A stretch of DNA of 63,668 bases, filler included, from Lenisia limosa (Eukaryota; Protista; Breviatea): the NCBI GenBank assembly GCA_001655205.1. It is 10 parts of 10 records of this genome, joined end to end, with 100 filler letters (N's around TTAATTAATTAA, not from the genome) between each part and the next. Parts side by side here need not be neighbours in the genome. Positions count along the whole stretch, not along the records: positions 39,754 to 56,981 come from LPNZ01009413.1; 9 more parts are not named here. One strand, 5' to 3'. The translations under genes were made by a program, and so were the position numbers. Every line of letters starts with the position of its first letter. Positions within the stretch are counted from its first letter, which is position 1. The notes below the pieces were generated by a model. The model ran no database searches. It was not told the origin of the DNA and saw only the letters and a program-made list of their open reading frames with translations. Below, piece by piece: positions 39,804-52,600 of this stretch.

Positions 39804-41430
39804 ATCCACCCTGAGTGGAGGAATCAAAACAAATGGGATTGTTGAAGCTGAAGATTACAAGGTTGGTCATGGGGGTAAAAAAAAAAAAATAGCGTTTTCT
39901 AATCCAATACAAAGATAAACAAATTATTCCAATAAAGCACATTTTTATTTGTGACCAAATTTTTGCTCATGTTACAAATTATTAAAATTGAAAGTTTCAG
40001 TTTCACGAAATGAAGAAAAGTTTATACTCCATCTTCTAAAATGCGACTTTCATTATTGCCGAATATAGCTACCGTTTTCATGATTTCTTAGGATGTGGCC
40101 GGTAATACACTCACAACACTTGTGGATATTTNNNNNNNNNNNNNNNNNNNNNNNNNNNNNNNNNNNNNNNNNNNNNNNNNNNNNNNNNNNNNNNNNNNNN
40201 NNNNNNNNNNNNNNNNNNNNNNNNNNNNNNNNNNNNNNNNNNNNNNNNNNNNNNNNNNNNNNNNNNNNNNNGTGGAAATTATCGAGGAGAGCCTTGCACC
40301 AAGTAAGCACTATGTAATCTTGTTTGAGAACTACTTACTTTCCCTTATGCTTCAGTACCAAGTTGCAAATATTTCTCTGGGGCCTCAGGAACTACAGACA
40401 TCGTACTTGCTGATGGTTCTGTTACTACTGTTTATTGTGAAATGGTATGTTGGGGAGGCACGCAGAAAGCTGTGTGCACAGAGTTGTAAGGCAATGTGAT
40501 TGGGTGAATTAATGTTATACTATAATCCAATATCTCTTAAAAGCGTGATGGTGTGGACGTCTTCTGCCAGATACAAACTTATTTTTGTATTTCTCATTGC
40601 TTATTGTAAAATGGTATGACAGAATTATTGTGAAAGTGTGAGAGGGTTATTGTGAATGGTACGACAGGATGGTTATTGCCAGCCAGTTTGAAAATGACCG
40701 TTTAAGAGCCTTTTCGTTGGCAGGTGGACGGTTGTGGGAAGGGAGATCGCTTCCCCTGCTAACGTCTTATGGGACACTTACGGCCAGGTAAGGGGCTTTT
40801 TATGTGAGGGAGGAGAAAATAAAAGAAAAGACAGTCTCTCTTCCAGTCCTATTTCGCCGAGGTCACTTTTTTTATTTTTATTTATTTCTGCATTACCGAT
40901 TTAGGCATTTGTGTCCCCTGCAGCAACCCGCAAGCAATATGGTTTCGGCTTCTACCATTATGACAAATCTCTGATTACCGAGCGCGGTGTTTCGTATACC
41001 TGTTGCTGGGCCCTGGATCCTTCTCTTACTTGCATCAGCATTGGCATTCTAATTAACACTGTAGCATTTGATATGGGAAGCACACAGAGTGCGGGGGTAT
41101 AGGTTCATACCAGATGTTCTGCATGTATCGTGAGACCCTGAGGAGGGTGTCTTGCTGGCAACCCAGCAGATACTGGTGGGACTCCGTATATGAATTCTCC
41201 ATCGTATGTAGTAAGGGTTTCCCCTGGAAAGTTGAAGAGAGAGATGAAGTAATGTGTACACACTCGTTACTATTTTCATTTGTTGCTTTGCCAACGAATG
41301 CTCCTATCTTTTCTGCCTTCTAATACTGGCTAGACGCACAAACTCTAATTACTACTCGACTGACTCTTTCACGTCTGTCTCCACGGGGTCCCTCTTTCAA
41401 GGGACCATGGCGTATTGGGTGGCTTTTAGG
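39804..41430 (+). CDS. Hypothetical multi-exon protein fragment
   Basis: Chain of short AG-GT exons (ISTLSGGIKTNGIVEAEDYK; WTVVGREIASPANVLWDTYGQ; STGSLFQGTMAYWVAFR). No family recognised. Confidence 0.3.
40445..40600 (+). mobile_element. Intronic repeat family B (about 155 bp, SINE-like), reference copy
   Basis: GTATG.TGGGGAGGCACGCAGAAAGCTGTGTGCACAGAGTTGTAAGGC...ATAATCCAATATCTC...GGACGGCTTCGGCCAGATAC...TTTCTCATTGC. Full or partial copies at about 619, 2150, 3180(-), 19978, 23492, 25819, 29876(-), 33315, 37016 and 46038. Confidence 0.8.
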
Positions 41431-41665
41431 TAGTGTTATTATGATATATCTATCCAAGATTTCACCATGGCAAACTGGGTATAGGTCAGTTTAGATGTTT
41501 TAATGGAAATAATTACGAAACTTGGATAGTAGCGAAACTCTTTGGTAATAGCATACTATTTCATATCAATGATAATACAACTCATTTGTGAGAGAATCTT
41601 TATTTTGACCGTTCGTCAAATCCAAGCAGGTTACCACCAAACAACTTAAGAAGCTGAGCTGACAG

Positions 41666-43372
41666 TTAGCCACTCGGTCCGGTCCATTTCAAAACAGCAG
41701 TTGCACGATTTTTCGTTTCATCAACCTGCCAAAATCAGTGCTCACATTTTCTGTAGCTTGGGACTATGGAATAGATAAGATTCAGACCCAATAGTTCCAA
41801 ACTCACTTCATCTCCGTTCCTGGCATCCGACTCGTTTATCCTTATCCACGCCTGTTCCGTTGTGGGCTCTGAACAGTTAAAGGATGACACTGCAGATAGT
41901 AATGTCACTTAGCTTGAGCGGTTCCCCATCCGACCGACACCGGTGGCCACATGCCGTTTAACAAGCCTCCCGTTCGCCACCTCAGGAACGTCATCCAGGA
42001 ACACAACTGCATCAAAGCTTTCTCTGCAACTGGAGGGGAAGACGTTGTTATGTCACGAATCAACTTGAAAAGGCATACCAAAACTTGTGATATAGTAGCT
42101 TAAGATCACAAACAATTCCCTGCCTTACGTTTTCCAATGTCCTGTATCCATCAGCAAATACAGGCCTTCAACAATTACAAATCGATGGTAAGGCTCAATC
42201 AGGATTTTATTTTCTTCAGGGTCCTTTGCACTATAGTGTTAATAGAAAAAAACGGCCGATGATAAAACCAAACGGCTGCCCAAACGAATGCAAATGTCTG
42301 ACATCATGACTTAACACGACCCCCCCCCCCCCNNNNNNNNNNNNNNNNNNNNNNNNNNNNNNNNNNNNNNNNNNNNNNNNNNNNNNNNNNNNNNNNNNNN
42401 NNNNNNNNNNNNNNNNNNNAAACCAAGCTGTTCTATTTCCAACATACGCATGATCAAAATGGGGTGCTGCAATGGTTTGTCCACCAGACCGAAGGGATTT
42501 TAGCTTCTCGCTAAACACTACAAAATTACATTTGTTATCCATTGGTAAATGTGTTTAGAGCCGATATGGCTAACTGGTGCTGACTTTGGGAGTTGAACGT
42601 AAATGCAGCCCCTCTGCGCCGATGGGCTTCAGCAGGGTCCTAAACCCATCACGTTTGGAGGCTGACATCACCATCTTCATCAACCTATCATCTATCGTAT
42701 CCTTTTTGTGACATTTTCCTCGCAGTGGAATGATGCCTCATATCCACTTGTACGATATTGAAATTTGACCAACTAATCTCAATGATACCCTGATATACTT
42801 GAGATGAACCTCATTTCGACTCAAAAGCCGGTCATTTGATCATATCACGTGGAAATCATATGGGTTAACATATCATATATATTTGATATACATGTTTGAC
42901 AAAAGCATGTTAATTTCCATTTGGTGCTATTTTATCAATATATGAAAAAAAAAAGTTATATTCTTTATAAAGACAAGCAAACCTGCATTTGATCCAGCTC
43001 CGATCTATAGTAGTGGAATCCGTCCATAGGGAGCATCACTGCCACGTTCTGCCCTGCCCTACCACAGTAACACGACATAATTGGCAATTGTCATTCGGTT
43101 GTTCGGTTGCATAACCCAGGTCTCCTTACACTTTATTGAGGTGCCTCACTATCTCCAGCGCAGCAGTAGTTTTACCGCTTCCTGGTCTTCCAACAATACC
43201 AAAAACATAGCGCGGTGAACGGTCTGTCTTAGGTCAAAAATAAAAAAGAACACCAATCAAACATCACCATCCAAACACATTAGCCCCCACCAGCAGCCAA
43301 TATGGTCAGGGCGATCTGTTCTGAGGACACAACCTGCCCATTGAGTCGGGAAACTGCTGAGCTGAGCGTCAT
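41666..43372 (-). CDS. P-loop kinase of the uridine kinase/pantothenate kinase-like (Yfh7/YggC) family
   Basis: Exons YVFGIVGRPGSGKTT / VAVMLPMDGFHYYRSELDQM / DPAEAHRRRGAAFTFN / IAAPHFDHA / DPEENKILIEPYHRFVIVEGLYLL / FDAVVFLD..GRLVKRHVATG / AWIRINESDARNG / TKNRA..; stop TAA at 41666. The start may lie further upstream (about 43579). Confidence 0.85.
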
Positions 43373-43621
43373 GGGTATTCTTGTTCGCTGTTACAGTTTG
43401 GAGGTTTGAGGGGTGGTTGAGAAAACAAGATATCTGTAAGATATAAACAACAAGTTCAGTGTTGAGAAAATGAATTTTTTGGAATGAAAACACAAAGGCC
43501 TTTGTCGCCCGTGACGGAGAGGAGAGTGTGTCCAGCACGTTTCCAGGCGATGTTCAGGGGTCCAGACATTCCTTTGCATGTAAACTTCAAGTGACTGACC
43601 CTCCCTTCCCCTCTCTCTCTA

Positions 43622-46600
43622 ATGCAGCGCTTCACCCTTCTGGTCCTGGGTGTTCTGGTCTTCTTCTTCAATCCAGAGTGTAAGCACTCACACTCACTTG
43701 GATTTATTGTCACTGTGTTGTACCAGTACATTTACTTGGTGTCATCTAAGTATTTCAGTCATATGTATAGTTTTATGGTCTCCTTTACTCACTCTGCAGG
43801 TCTGGGGCTTTTTATTGACAGCAGGCCTCCAGCCGCCTTCGCAGGATGGGCTTTAAACCAGGAAAAAAGGGGTGGTCATATCATTGGTTGGTTTGGCTAT
43901 GAGCTATTTGACAATTTGGCACATGTTTGGTTTCTTGCTGCTTCCTCTGATTCGCTTGACTTCTGCTTTAGGCGCACAGTTGTTTTCTTCTGAATGGATA
44001 CATGCTCCACAGGATTTGGGTGAGGGGAAAATGGTTTTTTGAAACTTGTTATTAAATCGACTTAAACAAATCACGTTCAAGTTGCTCGGTTTCTGCCCCC
44101 TTCAACGCTGCCCCTTGAAGTGTATGGGTATAAAGAAGACAAGGGTGCTGTGGAGGTTAGCTTTCATCTTATTATAATACATCTGGGTTTATATAAATAA
44201 ATGATATGCATAGTATATCTCTGTCCACAAAACCGGTNNNNNNNNNNNNNNNNNNNNNNNNNNNNNNNNNNNNNNNNNNNNNNNNNNNNNNNNNNNNNNN
44301 NNNNNNNNNNNNNNNNNNNNNNNNNNNNNNNNNNNNNNNNNNNNNNNNNNNNNNNNNNNNNNNNNNNNNNNNNNNNNNNNNNNNNNNNNNNNNNNNNNNN
44401 GGGGATATATATCGATATATATTTGATTTATATTTATAGATGTGCACTTTGCGGAATACACATAGCAAATAAGTCAGCTGTAAGCAAATGAGACAAGTCT
44501 TCAATAAAATGCATGCATTGAGAGAGGGAACAACATAACTGTACAATGAACCTCAGCTGTCCATTTTGGGATTCCATGACCCTGTGTAGGTGGCAAACTT
44601 TCTAACGCTCCTGGGATACTCAGCTCAAGTGGCCAATTTCACGTTTGATGAAGTGTCTTCGGACACTGTAACCGTGAGTGAAGGGGATACTCAGGGCAAT
44701 TATTACCACTTAGGTTATCCGCAAATATCCGGGCTACAAAGCACTTGTTCACCAACAGTGGCTTTGCTCTGTTTTAGGTAAGTTTTTGGTATGCTGCAGT
44801 ATAATCTGAAAACGACTATCGATATTTGACGCGAATGTTTATCAGAACCGGAGAGAGATGCTCCACAATACTATGCCTCTTTTAATGAGATACTAGATGG
44901 GAATGTACCTGCTTCCGATCCGACTTTCAACGTGAGAGAAGCCCAACTGTTTCATGTCAGTTTCGGACCTTCGAAACACGTCATTCCAGGTATGGTATAA
45001 GGGCGAAGTCGAGTCTTCTTTCGTTTCTAATGAAGCACTTGATAAATATCTATTTCTGAATTAGACCTCTCAGGCACAACCGCAATGGACACTCAGAATT
45101 TCGAGGAACTGCCTCTTTGGTTGAGAAAAGGCCCAAGTGATCTCATGATCTCGCTCCGAAAGTACAACATCTCTTTAGACATGCCAATCGTGCTTGTTGG
45201 CGACAGCGTGATGGCAAGTACGCGCGTGGCGTCAGTTTTGGTGTCAATTGGCGGTCATGACGTCCGGGTGCTTGATGGTGGTATCGATGGTATGTGAAAA
45301 TGTGAGGTTGCACTTGTGCAAAAATGGCCACTCTGTTTTTAGTGCAAAAACGATGGTTTGACAGTTGTAGGTTTTTTGAAGGATGGATGTCGGCGTGTTA
45401 GGTCCGATGCTCTTCGTAGTTCGGAAACTGCTTCTATTGGGAATGTCACGACAGAACGTGTGTTTTATGACCTCCAAGATGTTGTACAATCTTTGAACTT
45501 CAGTAACTTCTCGTGAGTATGGGAGCCTGGAGGGGGATGAAGTGAGCTTGTTCATTGGTTTAGTTTGGTGTCTGTCCGTAGTGTTGACGAATACAACGGT
45601 TTAGTTTCAGGCTACTCCTATATCAGGGCTAAGGTAAGGACCAATGAGCGTTCTAAGGGCTATTAACAGTCGATCACAGCACCCGGTCATCTTGTAGGGT
45701 CATATTCCCGGTGCCCTCTCAGCACCCGGGGGAAGCAACAAGGACAGCATGATGGCGTATCGAGACCCCCAGGTTGGTGACATCAAAACACATTAATTGT
45801 GTTCTGATATCGACTTACCTTGTAAGGGTGGGATGGCTCCTGAAGCGTTCATTAAATCCCTTTTCAGCTCACATGGTGTTGACATTTCAAAGTATGTAAA
45901 CAGGGTCTATTGTGTTTTGATTGTAGTGATATTTCCCATCTTCTTCTTACCACTAGACCGCTAACGTTCTACTGCGGTACAGGATGGAGAGCATCTGAGG
46001 CATGGTTTTACGCAAGGGTTTTAGGTGCGACGGGTTTGGGTTGGACGGTTTCGGCCAGATAGAACCTTATTTTCCATTTCTCATTGCTATATATATGAAT
46101 CAAGTTTCCGTGCTATTATTTGAGAATTAATTTTTAATGAGCGGTATTGTACCAGGCACTCCTTTCAGACACTTTCATTCACCAATTTCCAAAATTTTAA
46201 AAGTCCAATTGAGAATGTACATTGTGAAATTAAATTGCCAACTCATTCAAGATAATTGGCATACCTATTGTTATGTCTTTGGATTTAGGAGTATTGAAAA
46301 TGGTCATATGGCCATTTAGAATGGTGTGAATTGTTTTGAAGCATTTTTGGGCAAAACCAATTACTCTATATTCCTATAAGTGTGAACGTTTACCTGCCCA
46401 GGTCTACCGCACCCATCTGTGTATGATGGTGGCTGGTTTGAATGGATCCACTACTTCCCCCCTCTGCCGAAGGGATGCACCTGGTAAGTTAGGTGATGTT
46501 GATCTTTTACCTCCATTCGCTCCTTATTTATTTCTTCAGACTCATCAATCTTTCTCACGTTTTCACGAGCTGATGGAGCGAGGACAAATGATATTATTCC

Positions 46601-46640
46601 CAGATCAAGCGATTTGATGTGTTCCCCTGGTGTTTGCTGA
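43622..46640 (+). CDS. ynjE: Three-domain rhodanese/thiosulfate sulfurtransferase, YnjE-like, with signal peptide and about a dozen introns
   Basis: MQRFTLLVLGVLVFFF signal; FIDSRPPAAFAGW..GGHI; ALVHQQWL; HVIPGTTAMDTQNFEELPLW; RVLDGG; LVSVRSVDEYNGLVSGYSYIRAKGHIPGA; LTFYCGTGWRASEAWFYARVLG; SVYDGGWFEW. CGTGWR (45973-45990) is the YnjE active-site loop. Confidence 0.88.
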
Positions 46641-46993
46641 GCGATATTGAACTAAGTCGAGTTTTGGTACTGCATAATGGATGTATCATATCATGTTGTC
46701 GTTGTCATTGTCGTTGTCGTCAAACAATTGCCGTCTGATTGCCATGTGACAATTGTGACAGAGCCCAGACAATTGTCAGAATCAGACAGAGGCATATGGC
46801 ATATGGGCTCAGATAAAAGAAGGGGGCGCGGGCGCGCGCTGGTGGCCGGCGAGTTCGCAAATTATGAATTATGCCGATCTTCGAACAAATCAGAGAGTAG
46901 TAAAAAAAAAATTGGAGATTTGGAGAGGGAGAGATTGAAGATTGATTGAGATTTGAAGAAAGAAAGTTGAGGAGTTGAGTAAGTTTTTAGAAT

Positions 46994-49471
46994 ATGGTTG
47001 GACAAGGAGGTAGACGAAGAGGTGGGCGCAGAGGAGGAGGAAGAAGACGAGGAGGTCACCACCACCATCATCATGTCCCACGAATTACTCATCATCACCA
47101 TCATACCCATCGTAGAAGAGGTGTTGGAGGAGGAGGAGGAATCAGATTTGGAGGAGGAGGAGGTGGCGGTGGAGGAGGTGGAGGAGGAGAGTGTTGCGAA
47201 GATTATGAAGCGTCCTCGAACTGCCTTGCCGCCACTACCTGTTTATGTACTTTTGTTAGCTTGGATTGCTATTTTGAAGGCGCAAAGTGATGTTGAAAGA
47301 CGCTCTCCTTTCAATCTTGATTTTATTATGTTCAGCTTTCGTTTACTCCAATAATTTCGCCGAGTAGCTGTCGGACAATCTTCTCTCACTCCTCCAGATA
47401 TCCTTCCTGTTCGCCTTTGCTGTCATAAATGGCGGAGTACATCTCTTTGTGGTGAGATATTGTTTCTTTTTATTGCTTGATTTTGAGCAGCATATAGATA
47501 TTGATATGTATTAAAGTCCTTTTGTTTGCTGATATCGTAGACAAATAATAGCGGATCAACAGACCTTGAAACTATGGGCTACCCTCATGTTCGTCTCGCT
47601 AACGTAGGATTCTTACCCTGTGTTATATGTCCTTCTTTCGCTTTCTTGGTTTTGTGTGTTCTTTATTTCTCATTTCTTAGACGGCTTCACTGCAGCTGGG
47701 TCTCAGCGGAGTATGGTGGTTTACTGACTTGGAAGGCGTTCCTTCTGACTACCTGATTGGTCAGATGGAGTCTCGCACTCTGTAAGCCCCATTTTTTTTG
47801 ACACATGATATATGAAAATATATCATATAAATATTTTCCATTTTATGACTTTTTGATGAGATGTTACCATCCTTTAACTGTAATAGTGATTCTGCACTGA
47901 GTGACTTTGACGGCGCGTATGATGATGCCAAATCAGGCATGACAAAGTCTCTGGTTCTTCTTGGTGGTGGGTATGGGGTACTGTTTAATGAAACAGAGAC
48001 GTTACTTTCATTTTTAGATTCTATAAATTAATTCAATTAAGAACTACTTTATTATTTCTTTTCTGCTTACACTGTAGCATCCATGGCGTGTCTCCTTGGC
48101 TACTTTATCATGACAGGTGTTAAGAAGCAGCCCTCACAGGGCATGTTCTGGGTTTGCTACCATTCCTGAGCCTTTTGGTTTACTTTTCAGTTATCAGCGT
48201 TAGTGCTCACAGTTGCTACGTACTTCACTTACGGCGCAATTTCATCGATCAACGTCGGAGGCAGTAAGAGGGCTCAGAGTAACTGGAGACTGAACGGTTT
48301 TCACGATGTAGATGAGATGGATCTTGCATGTATCGGGGGCTCGGCGTCTTGGGATAACCCCCTGCAGTTTGCTGCTTTCTGCCAAGAGTATGTTTTATTA
48401 ATTTCCCGGCGCTTTGTTTTTTTTTTTGTTTTTTATTGACCACTGTAGCAGCTACTATTTGAACCCAGATTCAATGACAGTATCAGGTCGTGACATTCCT
48501 GGTACGCCATGAACCTGTTGTTTTTTATCAAGTTCTTGACTGAAATACTGTTTCATTGAACATTACTCACCATCAGGAAACGACCAAGCAAAGGGCTTCC
48601 ACAGTGTCATGGTTATTTCATGCATCGTGTCCTCAATTTGTGGGTCAAAAGGGATTCTGGTGCGTTCACTTCCTTGTCCTTGCTGACCCCCAGGCGCCTG
48701 TCTCGGCAGCTGCTTTGCCAGTGAGGCCAACAACCGTCGTCGTCAAGCTGAAGAGGCTGCGGCGAATGCTCCTCCGGAAGAAGAAAGCTCGGATGCCGCT
48801 GCTGGGTGGGCTCTTGACTTATGCCCAGAGGATGGATTGAGACTTGAGGGCTTTTTGTACTGTGTTTTCTTGAATGGGGAGTAATCTAAGTTCAATTGCA
48901 AACACCCTGTGACCTTTCTAATGTACTAAAGACAGATGTTATGTAGTGTTATAACCGTTTCAGAACTTCGGACTCATCCAATCCCGAAGCCAACCTTCCC
49001 GAGTCGCCGGCAATTATCACTGTCGACAACGTTAACGCGCCGGCACCAATCCCACCGGTCGCGTCCGCACCGCCCAAGGTACGCTCCCTATCTTGGGGGG
49101 GATGGGTCTATCTTGTGTGTCTTTGGGAAGAGGAAAACATCCTGCTGACGGCTTTAGATGGAAGACGACCTTCCGGACTACAACGCTCTCGACAGCATGG
49201 CGTCGCCGTCGTCGCAGTATGGCGATACTTCATCGGAGTACGGCATGAGCTCACCCGGCCCGGCACCCGGCCCGTCGGCTCCTGCGTTTGATAGCGCTGA
49301 TGGCGATGGTATGATGGGATATTATTGTGTTTGCAAGTTTGTCAAAAGGAATGATGATCCATCATCGAACTATGCTCCTATGAAACAAATTCATTTTTTT
49401 GCTGCCAATGTACATCCGTCTTCTCATTCTTTTTAGAGCTTCCTGGTTATGATGAGATTTACACCAAGTAA
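46994..49471 (+). CDS. Multi-pass (about four TM, claudin/amastin-like topology) membrane protein with a Pro-rich tail
   Basis: Hydrophobic exons (ISFLFAFAVINGGVHLFV, LKLWATLMFVSL, SMACLLGYFIM, LSALVLTVATYFTYG, SVMVISCIVSSICGACLG), a Cys-containing loop, and a tail with LPDY and LPGY motifs; stop TAA at 49469. First-exon frame is ambiguous. Confidence 0.55.
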
Positions 49472-49604
49472 TTATGTGATTAGTAAATGTATGATTGTTT
49501 CAGTTTCACTCGGTTATATCGGCTATTATTGTACATAATCATAAAAACAAACAAAAAAACTAAAAAAAAAATATCAACAAGACCTCAAAAATACACAACC
49601 TTAA

Positions 49605-52600
49605 CTATAAAGCAGGGGTAAGAACGAAGGCATCTTCAACATTTGATGGGTTGAAATTAAAAACATTTCCGTATTTGTCTTCAAGATATGTTTTCACATT
49701 ACTACTGCAGAGAATCTAGACAATGAGACATGGAGGGGCATCAAAATTCCGCAAAAGGTGTCTCTACTCTTCAAATCCCCAATAGCAGAACCCCGTTTAC
49801 CATGCCTTCACCAGCAGATTGCTCCAATCGTTCGACCTCGTCCATGACCGGGCCCCACACCAGGTATCGCGGCTGTTTGACTGCACAGACCGCCGCCACC
49901 GCGAGGCCGTGACCGATACCTGAGAGCGTGACTTGTCTGGGTTAGAAAGTGCAGTACATGGGACACCATAGCCAACCAATGCGGATTGGGGCAGTGATGG
50001 AGTTCGGCGACCGACTGGCGCGCTACAAAGTCAGATATCATCATTTAACGATAGTAATGCAACGATATGGGTTAGATAGTCTTGGTAAAGCTCCTTGGTA
50101 AGAAGTGGCCTGTTATTGAGGCAATTGATCACCAAAGCACACTTACCGTGGCAATTTCAAACGTGGCAGTTTGAATGGCACATGCTGTATGAGCGATGGA
50201 TAGAATGGACTTGCTTGAAGTGTGCGCAATTCCAGCGATAGCCTGGATCAATGAGTGGGGGGGGGGGGGGGNNNNNNNNNNNNNNNNNNNNNNNNNNNNN
50301 NNNNNNNNNNNNNNNNNNNNNNNNNNNNNNNNNNNNNNNNNNNNNNNNNNNNNNNNNGGCTAGCAACACACAAGGGTTGAGGGTTGAGAACAGCAAAAAC
50401 AAAGCTCAAGCATCCCATCACACCAGAGTAAAGAAGTTGTCACAACCGTACCCCTGCCAACCACCCAGGCGTCCCCTATGGTATAGAGCTTGAAAACGTT
50501 ATTCTTGAGGGCTTCGGCATCACAACGAGCAAAGAAGGAGTTGAGGTACCGGAACATCACCTAAAACAGGGTTAATCGAAATAGAAGCGACAGTGATCAT
50601 TACACAAAACCTCCTTCAAAATGTTTAGTAATTCGAGAATATTCAATCAATAAGAAAAATTCCAAAACTAAGTGGTCTGGGCAGAGTAAATAAATACCTG
50701 GGGAGTCGTTGAGCTTGAAAGTGCAGTAAAGTTGACAATGTCCAGCTAAAACATGAATCCAACTTGAGCTGTTGTGGGTCTTACCTGTAGAACAGTGAGG
50801 TTTGGGAAGGTTTCGTGAAGATGAACCGCGGGGTCAGCGGATTTGAGAATGGCCTTGACCGCATGTCGGGGTAGCAACAAGTACAGGAATGCTGGACGGT
50901 TTAAACAAAAAATGTTTCTGTGGGAGTTTTTCTTTCTGTACCAGTCAAACGCCGGATCTCTATGATCCTAGTTTCAATAGACTAGACTGCAAAAAAGGAC
51001 GCCAACCTCTTGATTGCCTGTTACTTGCTTCGGAGGCGTTCTTAGCAAGGAATGTTCGTCGCGCAAGCTTTTCTTGGTATGCGGCTACCACTATCGACAA
51101 TGACACCAGCCAAAAGAATATGAGAACCTGCATTGTCAGGGACTACTACTAAGTTTCATAGGCAATACACTTTGAGAATCACCATGGCAATAATAATGTA
51201 CAGCTGCTGACATGGAATTGAAGGGCTTCATTACCAGGCTTGGCGGTGACCATGAAAGCAAAAAACTTGAGAGCAGAGAAACCGCAAATGGGAATTCTAA
51301 ACAATAATAAATTATGCAAGATAACAGCACACACAAACTTGTGGGATAAGGGGATTCTTGTGAAGAGAAACATGAAAACAACCGCAAAGAAGTAGCCTAA
51401 GCTGATAAGACAAGGTCTTCAAAATATTGACCAAAAGAGTCACAAGCCCACCTGGTGAGACATAGTCTGAGTTGTTGTAGTCGGAAGGGATGGGTCCTGT
51501 CACAAAGCAAACAACCACGAGGAGCACACGGAATGCAAATTGACGAATACTAAACGGTCAAAAGACGCCACGTCCTTACTTTTCATTTTGGGAGAAGAGC
51601 TGAATCAAGGTAGTTGGGATTGCCAAAGCAAGTTGGATGAAGAGGGGTACAACACGCAGCTACACTGTGAGAATTGATATTAGCCTACCTTGCTGTCATC
51701 GAACAGCTCCGGATTGATTTTGAGTGCGATGATCAAAGGCATTATCGTTGTCACTGCAATCAAAATCGACAGTGTCGTGTCTGCAGTCTGAATGATTAAT
51801 CATGGTAACTGTGGTCATAACCCTGTTGAAATGCTTCGCTAACTTTATTTGAACGCCCGTATCTGTAAATGAACTTCTTCTCCAAATGTGTGAGGTACTT
51901 TGAAATGGTCACATCCTACGATATGATATCATATTTCAAAAAAAAAAAACACTCACATCATATTCAAACTCGACCGAATGGACTATTTCATCTTTTCTTG
52001 AGAAAGCCCTAAAACTGTCAAACTACTTTACAAAGTGACGTAGCGGGAAATATAGGATATTGATACTCATCAAAATTTAATCGAAAAATTCGGTCAAATT
52101 TGAGAGCCCCAAGAGAAAAATTGTTACGCACAAAATACAAATAGTATGTACTATCAATTCTGATACCCACAGACGTTATAAAAAGGAAACGAACCCATCT
52201 TTAGACAAGTGCATACCTTGACGTTGGGATCGACAGACGACCCGAATAGCGACTATGTTCCGACAGGCGACCGGAGCTAAATTGTTAATAACGTCATGCG
52301 GTCGGACCCCCACGTTCTACTAAGGTTCGACTCTGTTTTGGTCATAGTATATGGACTCCCCAATTCATCAGCAGCCTCGCTCTCTTCGACATGTTTCAAT
52401 TGTTCGAACCGAAAGCCCAAAAACCCTGAGGAGTAAGTCATCGAATAAAACCCCAACCAAATGCGCGCCACGCAATCGTAACGCCCGAAAGCGCCTCAAG
52501 CATTGTCGATTTTTTTGATAACTTAAAGCGGCGGGAGGCGTGGATGGTGGACGTGGTCGACTCCATCGTTTCTGTGAAGTCAAAGGGGCCACAAGGACAT

